Source of the DNA: Eledone cirrhosa
Lineage: Eukaryota
DNA length: 64,000 nucleotides
NCBI GenBank assembly: GCA_964016885.1
Contig: OZ024740.1
Span: 201,066,001 to 201,130,000 of the forward strand
Direction: 5' to 3'
Part shown: positions 56,976 through 64,000 of the stretch, piece after piece
Layout of the letters: the number at the start of each line of letters is the position of its first letter
Numbering within the stretch: position 1 is the stretch's first letter
Notes under the pieces: generated by a model
Told to the model about the DNA's origin: nothing
The model's database searches: none
What the model saw: the letters and a program-made list of their open reading frames with translations, nothing else
Translations under genes and position numbers: made by a program

Positions 56976-57215
56976 TGATATCACCTTTGATCTTACTAAC
57001 AACTTATATTACCCTTATCATAAACCAGGTGAGATACTTACTTATATTAGCCCGCACTCTAACTACCACCAGCAGTCATCAGAGCGGTCATTAAGTCTAT
57101 CTCATATAGGATTTCCTTGCTATCCGCGAATGAGGAGATATTTAATGCCCATGCGCATATTATAATAAGGCCCTTTCTGAATCTGGTTATACACAATCTA
57201 TCTACTACATAACTA
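56975..57215 (+). pseudogene. PLE thumb-domain remnant abutting the Tx1 fragment
   Basis: YYPYHKPGEILTYIS, IKSISYRISLLSANEEIFN, YNKALSESGY. Confidence 0.7.
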
Positions 57216-57822
57216 AGGGCCATAACACAGAACTTCACCACAACCCCAATAACTGTAACACTAGAACTAGAAACACATTAGCATTTAGCCAGATTTGCCG
57301 GAATTCTAGGCCTACCTATACCTATACAGCTAATCGTAATAGTGGCAGAGGCCTACTCCCTACTCCTAGTAGTAGACGCAGAATTAACCCTAGATTAAGA
57401 AATGATAATGGACCGACCATTAGCAACCACATTGGCAATAATAACCCTAGTAATGCCCCTGCCAACTCTGCTAGACCCCATAGACGTAACAGGCCTAGAA
57501 ATATCACCTGGCTTAACCCGCCCCCCCCCCCCCCTCAACTATACCTATAAGCCACCTCACTACCCTACCTCGGTTACAGCTCCCAGTGGGATTCTTGGCT
57601 CTCCAAGGAGTTACCTCCCTTGAAACCCACCTCCATCAAAAGGATAACCTTCCTACAAGAAGCCATTTTGGTATGTGATAGGCAGTAGTGTTTACCTTCA
57701 GCCTCGATAGATATCTAATGTTTATTTATACCATACACCTGAAACTCTCCATTGCCAAGGCTCCCCATCTAGGGAGTTGCTAATCTGAGGATTCTTTACG
57801 GACACGTACTCCTCCCATTTTA

Positions 57823-57853
<31 letters not shown>

Positions 57854-58206
57854 TTTTTTTTCTATTTTTTTTTATTTTTATTTTTTTTTATTTATTTATT
57901 TTTTTTATTTTTTATTATTATTATTTTTTTTTTTTTTTATTTCTGCTTTATATTTAGTAATAATCTCTATCTCTCCCTAAGTTCCGAAGATCTGCTCCAT
58001 AATATTATTCTATGTTACTTATATTTCTCTGCACCAAATCAATAACTTTCTTACCATCGATTGATCCAGAAACATTATATGGAGTAGTGAAACAATTGTA
58101 AACTGACATTACTATCCCCTTTCTATATTAAATTGCACTTAATGTTGATACTCTGTGACTAATGTCTTCTATGGGAATTTGTGGTCTGGATTTGCTTAAC
58201 TACTGA

Positions 58207-58364
<158 letters not shown>

Positions 58365-58928
58365 GAGGTAAATATCTCTCTGAGTACTAAGTACCCATAG
58401 AGATGTATAGGGTTGTCTATAATATAATTGTTGTTCTATGGTACTAATTCGAGATACCAGAACTATAAAAATTGAGATGAGCAGAACAAACAAACATTAA
58501 ACAATTCTTTAAATAAATTAAAAAATGATTTAAATATCTACCTGTTCGCAATGCTATTACCGGCGGTTTCCATTTACAAAAGATTAGAAATTCAGAGAAT
58601 TTCTAACGGAAAAGTAAATTTCATCAGATAGCTATTTCCATCCTATAGGACTAAGTCCCACGGTTTGCAAATATAATGGCAACTACCAGCTCGTATGACT
58701 TATGGCCGTTAAAGTGACCCACACGTGAACCGGCCGCTAGTGAAAGCGGGAATATTACAGACGTGTTGATGGCTTTGCTGCTAAAAATATAGCAGTAAGC
58801 AACAACGAATTTTTCTCTACATAGATTGGAGAATATATAAAAATGAGGTAAATATCTCTCTGAGTACTAAGTACCCATAGAGATATAGGGATATATTAGG
58901 TTAACGCTTGATATAGCAGGAAGAGGGT

Positions 58929-58962
58929 CTTAACGTTTCGGACGCTAGTCCTTCATCAGAAG
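58929..58962 (-). ncRNA. Minimal type I hammerhead, intact
   Basis: CTT-CTGATGA-aGGACtagcGTCC-GAAA-CG-TT-AAG; nearby direct repeats 58360-58410 and 58840-58890. Confidence 0.85.
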
Positions 58963-60089
58963 AAATAATGAGAAATAAGATAGATTGTGGTGACGGGCGG
59001 GTTTGAATAGGAAAAAAAATGTCTTTAGATAAAAATAACAGGTCCATTCATGTTATAAAAGATATTTATAACATGTACAAACATTGATATTGTTTAGCAT
59101 AGCTCGCTTGGTCCATTTTGGATTGTCAAAACATAAGATTTGTTATTTTCTGGTTAAAACCGCTGCATGCTGATTATCGACCATATATTAGTGCATGTAT
59201 ATATATATAAGGCGGCCAATTGGCAGAGTCGTTAGAACGTCGGATAGACTACTTTATGGTATTCGTACCGGCTCTTTGCTCTCTACCTTCAAATGTCAAC
59301 TTAAGATTTTATCCTTTCGAGGTCGATAAAAGAAAATGCGAGTATAGTACTAGGCACGATTCTTCCGTTATATCTCTTTATCATTTCCTCTCACTCACTT
59401 TCTATCTTTATCTGGATGAAATGTACAGTACTCAGGCCTGGAGAGAGATGGGCTCCGCCATGCTTAAAATGCACAGCTATGACTCTATCAGGAGCTACGG
59501 GACTATACATATATACATATATATATAGATAGATCGATATAGACATATACTGGGAGAGCAGATTGACTTGTGTCAGCCGCTGCTGTGAGCCCGGGTGGAC
59601 CAGAAATACCTTTGGTAGGGGTCGAGACTGCCTAAGTCCATCTCAACGGCTGGTGACCCAGGAGTTTTCCGTCTTTCGTTTGCATTAAAATACACACACC
59701 GTTTAAATTTCCTAGTCGGTTAATTTAATAACCGGGGACAGCTGTTTAGAAGGTATGTTATGACGAATTTATTTATGGAACACTAATGAGAATTCTGTCA
59801 CAAACTGTAAATTTATATAAGTGATCATTGAGGCCTTTAATTGCATTACTGCACAAGGGCTTGATGAACACAACCACAGGGATATAGTCCGAACGTGGAA
59901 GAGACGAACTCCTACTGTCATCGCCTCCATCTCTTTAGCCCTCCCCATCTCTCCGTATGGTGAGAAATGGGGTCCCACGTACTGGCCTCCCCACAGCCCC
60001 GTTGGACAGAATAGAGAAGGTGTTTCCCCGGAGGATGGTAAGGGAGATGCTCTGGAAGAGCCATTCCAACTAGCGAGGCTCACACCTGC

Positions 60090-60872
60090 GGCTAGCCATC
60101 TCAGCGCCTATGATGGTGAATAAGGAGGGCCAAGGACACCAGAAATCTCCACTGCCAAGGCAAACCTGTCGGAGAGCGACCGGTACTTGGAGAGTTTGGC
60201 CTCCTCAGCCCGACGTGCAGCCGAACCTGGGTTAGTCGCAGACTACACCAGATTGCAGCTGAACCTGGGTTAGTCGCAGACTGCACCAGGTTGCGGCTGG
60301 AGAAAGTGTCGCTGCAAGTGACATCCCAGACGAGGGGTTTGCCACCGCGTAATGGAAGATGGTCATGCCATCTGGCCTTTTGCCGTCCCCTCGGTCCAGC
60401 CCCACTGGCTCGATCTGGGAGGGGAAGCCTGCAGCGTCCAAGCCATGCTTTATGACCTCGTTGAGGGCAGCATGGCGTGGAAGGCGACAAGCACTGTTGC
60501 GACAGGAAAATTGGTGGAGGCCGAAAGAGTCCACGGTGGATCCGCAGCGACATTTATGCGGCTCGCAGATCCGAGGGCCAAGCCTCAAGGAAACGCCGAT
60601 GCGCAGGCTATCGTTATTCAGCTGCGTGCCCGTGGAGAAGGAGGGCAAGGAATGAAGCCAGGCACCACTGTGGGGTTTGGAGGCCGCGCGAAAACTGGCA
60701 AGGCGGTGCTGGTCGAGGTGGCGCGTGAGCCTGTCTGAGGCCAGGCTGCACTGGATGGCATCCCAAATGCTTTGGGGAGACTTGACGTCAGCTGGGGGAG
60801 AAGGAGGAGGGACGTCCGAGCCGATCCCACGTCTCACAGGCAGCTTCACGTTGCCGATCACAGAGGGTTCCA
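60090..60872 (-). pseudogene. CRE-clade non-LTR retrotransposon C-terminus (zinc finger plus restriction-like endonuclease)
   Basis: GAWLHSLP, LRLG, CRCG..H..SC, RHAALN, EP.GL, KRPDG, LVWDVT; frameshift and short duplication near 60222-60295. Confidence 0.85.
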
Positions 60873-60944
60873 TTTTACATCGTTTTTTGTTATGAGTTCG
60901 TGTAAAAGAGAACAAAGAAGATACACAAAGTAAAAACAAAAGTA

Positions 60945-60986
60945 GTCACTGAGGAGGTCACCGAATGTGTGACGAAACAGTTGGAC
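60945..60986 (+). ncRNA. Minimal type I hammerhead
   Basis: GTCa-CTGAGGA-gGTCACcgaatgtGTGAC-GAAA-CAG-TT-gGAC. Confidence 0.72.
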
Positions 60987-61130
60987 AATCAACAACTAAA
61001 CAACCCTCCAATTATTAAACTAACCGACACGGAAATTACGATAATAAATTGAAGGGAAGTCCAATAGGATCGTGTTTTTATTGGCAGCATGACTCTCACA
61101 AAGTATAACAACATCTGTTTCAGCACACAT

Positions 61131-61198
<68 letters not shown>

Positions 61199-61941
61199 TG
61201 TACCGTTTGTGTTGTTATTTCTGTTTACCTTTTACATACATATATATGTATATATATACTAACTTCATTGTTTCCGAAGACGGTATAATCGAACCCATAT
61301 ATTATGCCTGATAATATACAGTTCTATAACTGCTATAGATCAGTCAATATATCAATATGATCAACCCTCGGAAACGATCGTAATACAATGAAAGAAATAT
61401 GTAAAATAACTTGCCTTTGTTATTATCATCATTATTAAACTTATATCTAAGATATATATATATATTCATATATACATACATATTTTGTGTTTTTCACGAA
61501 TTTTATATTTTAACATAAATATATGATAATAGCTATTATACAATTACATATGCATTCATATATTTACACTTCGATTGATTTTCGAACAGACGCTCCAATA
61601 ATTCAATTTGAATAATATTATCTACTGATCAAAATCGATAACAGTATTATGTATCTGAAATTTAATCATATCAACAACTTTATAATTTTCTTGTAAATTA
61701 TTTTCTTGTATAATCTCTGCTTATAAGCAAAATACTGTCTGGTGAAGCCATGCCAATGTACTGACGTTGCGGGAGTGCACATAACACAATAAGTTTATAT
61801 ATGTAATTCCACTAACCCACCTTAACGTCTATTCGTATCTATATATATATATATATACGTTATTCCGGGTTGAATCGGAGGTAACCACAGTAAGTAAGGT
61901 ACTCAATACATAGCAGAGTATAACAGTTTTAATATAGATGA

Positions 61942-61990
61942 GATTCTACAGGACTAGAACTGTTTCATTCATTAGAAATCATCAGGAATC
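61942..61990 (-). ncRNA. Type I hammerhead, intact, closed stem III
   Basis: GATTC-CTGATGA-tTTCtaatGAAt-GAAA-CAGttctagtcCTG-TA-GAATC. Confidence 0.87.
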
Positions 61991-62504
61991 TGGGTATCAA
62001 AAAATAAATATGGTATTTATAGGTCTCTACAAGTGGTAGGAGAGGGTGGGGAGTGGGATGGGTGCAGGTCATTGGTTGATAGAGAAGGGAATTCATTAAA
62101 AGCTAATTCTACATAGCTATAGTTAATTTATATTTATTTATGTTTTTAGAGTAACAAAGGCAGACAGAATTCTATAAACAGGTTCTGGATGGCGTACCAT
62201 TCCTTGTCAATAAGTTTCTCTTAAGCTAGCAGATGTCTATAAAATCAGTGGGGGGTCATTCATGCTCGATAGAATTAAAGAAAAGGGAGATTCTTTACAT
62301 TAAGGTTCTGCTAAGTGACAAAGGTCTAGGGAATTCTGCAGACAGATTCAAAATACTGAGTGCATATCTTACTATTATCTTCGAACTTCTCTTAAACTAA
62401 TCAACAATATGCCAAATCAACAGACACATTCACAAAAAAACAAAAAGACCCAATAAAACAAAAAAACCAGAAAAACAAAAGAAACCACACCTAAAAAACA
62501 AAAA

Positions 62505-62696
62505 AACACACATACTCACTCACACACTTACGCGCAACCATAAAGACACACATAAACACATATACACACATAAAAACACACACACATATATAAAAAATAT
62601 ATAAACATATACAAATATAAATATATATTCATGTACACACACATACATACACACATACATACATACATATATAAAATACATATACACACATACATA

Positions 62697-62780
<84 letters not shown>

Positions 62781-62899
62781 TATACACACATACACATATA
62801 TATATACACACATACATACACACACACACACATACATACATATATACATACATATATACAAATACATACATATATATACAAATATATATACATATATAC

Positions 62900-62936
<37 letters not shown>

Positions 62937-63069
62937 TACACACACACACAGATACATACACACATACACATACATACACAGATACACACATATATACAGA
63001 TAAATACACTCACACGCATACATACAAACACGAGTATACATATGTATAAATATCTATACACACACACAT

Positions 63070-63126
<57 letters not shown>

Positions 63127-63157
63127 CATATACACACATACAAACACACATATATAT

Positions 63158-63224
<67 letters not shown>

Positions 63225-63325
63225 TATACACACATATACACACACACATACATATACGTACACACATACACACATACGTACAGATATATATATATATATA
63301 TATATCTCTATACATACACATACAA

Positions 63326-63368
<43 letters not shown>

Positions 63369-63391
63369 TATATACATATACATATATATGC

Positions 63392-63430
<39 letters not shown>

Positions 63431-63556
63431 TATAGACATATATATATATATATATATATCCATACATACACATGCATACACAGACCTATACATAAATATA
63501 CACATATATATACAGAGATATAACGCACATATACACACACATATATACATACACAC

Positions 63557-63652
<96 letters not shown>

Positions 63653-63682
63653 GCATACACACACACACACACATATATATAT

Positions 63683-63733
<51 letters not shown>

Positions 63734-63845
63734 CATACACATATACATATATATATATATATACACACGCGCGCGCATACACACATACACACCCCCACAC
63801 ACAAAATATATATACACACACACACACATTCTCTCTCTCATGCAC

Positions 63846-63876
<31 letters not shown>

Positions 63877-64000
63877 CATATACATATATATATATATATA
63901 TATGTGTATGTATATATACACATACAAATACATACACACATACACATACACATACACACATATACACATACACACACATATATATACATATATATACATA
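62505..64000. repeat. Compound (TA)n/(CA)n/(CATA)n microsatellite field
   Basis: Direct reading; similar fields at 23200-23570 and 24195-24690. Confidence 0.97.

Noticed and set aside
62520-63989. Long YI/CV/TH-repeat ORFs here and throughout the ORF track
   Set aside because: Translations of (TA)n, (GT)n, (CA)n and (TC)n microsatellites; no coding signal

Overview
Eukaryotic, AT-rich, microsatellite-saturated DNA with no confidently identifiable host gene. The (TA)n/(CA)n/(GA)n load and SINE types resemble a coleoid cephalopod such as octopus (inference only). The window is a nest of retroelements: at least two classes of Penelope-like elements (PLEs, RT plus C-terminal GIY-YIG), Tx1-like LINEs, RTE, CRE and CR1-like remnants, and several SINE families. 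Main observations: (1) a two-ORF PLE (1576-4370) whose ORF1/RT overlap carries an in-phase U_UUU_UUA -1 frameshift heptamer, next to an inverted copy that lacks 839 nt bounded by GT..AG and fuses ORF1 to RT in frame; (2) more than 20 type I hammerhead ribozyme motifs from about a dozen unrelated repeat families, mostly in fold-back (inverted pLTR-like) units embedded in (TA)n; (3) apparent partitioning of microsatellite targets: hammerhead units in (TA)n, Tx1 in (TCTA)n, an RTE-related short element in (CATA)n. All alignments and folds were done by eye; element boundaries are approximate.
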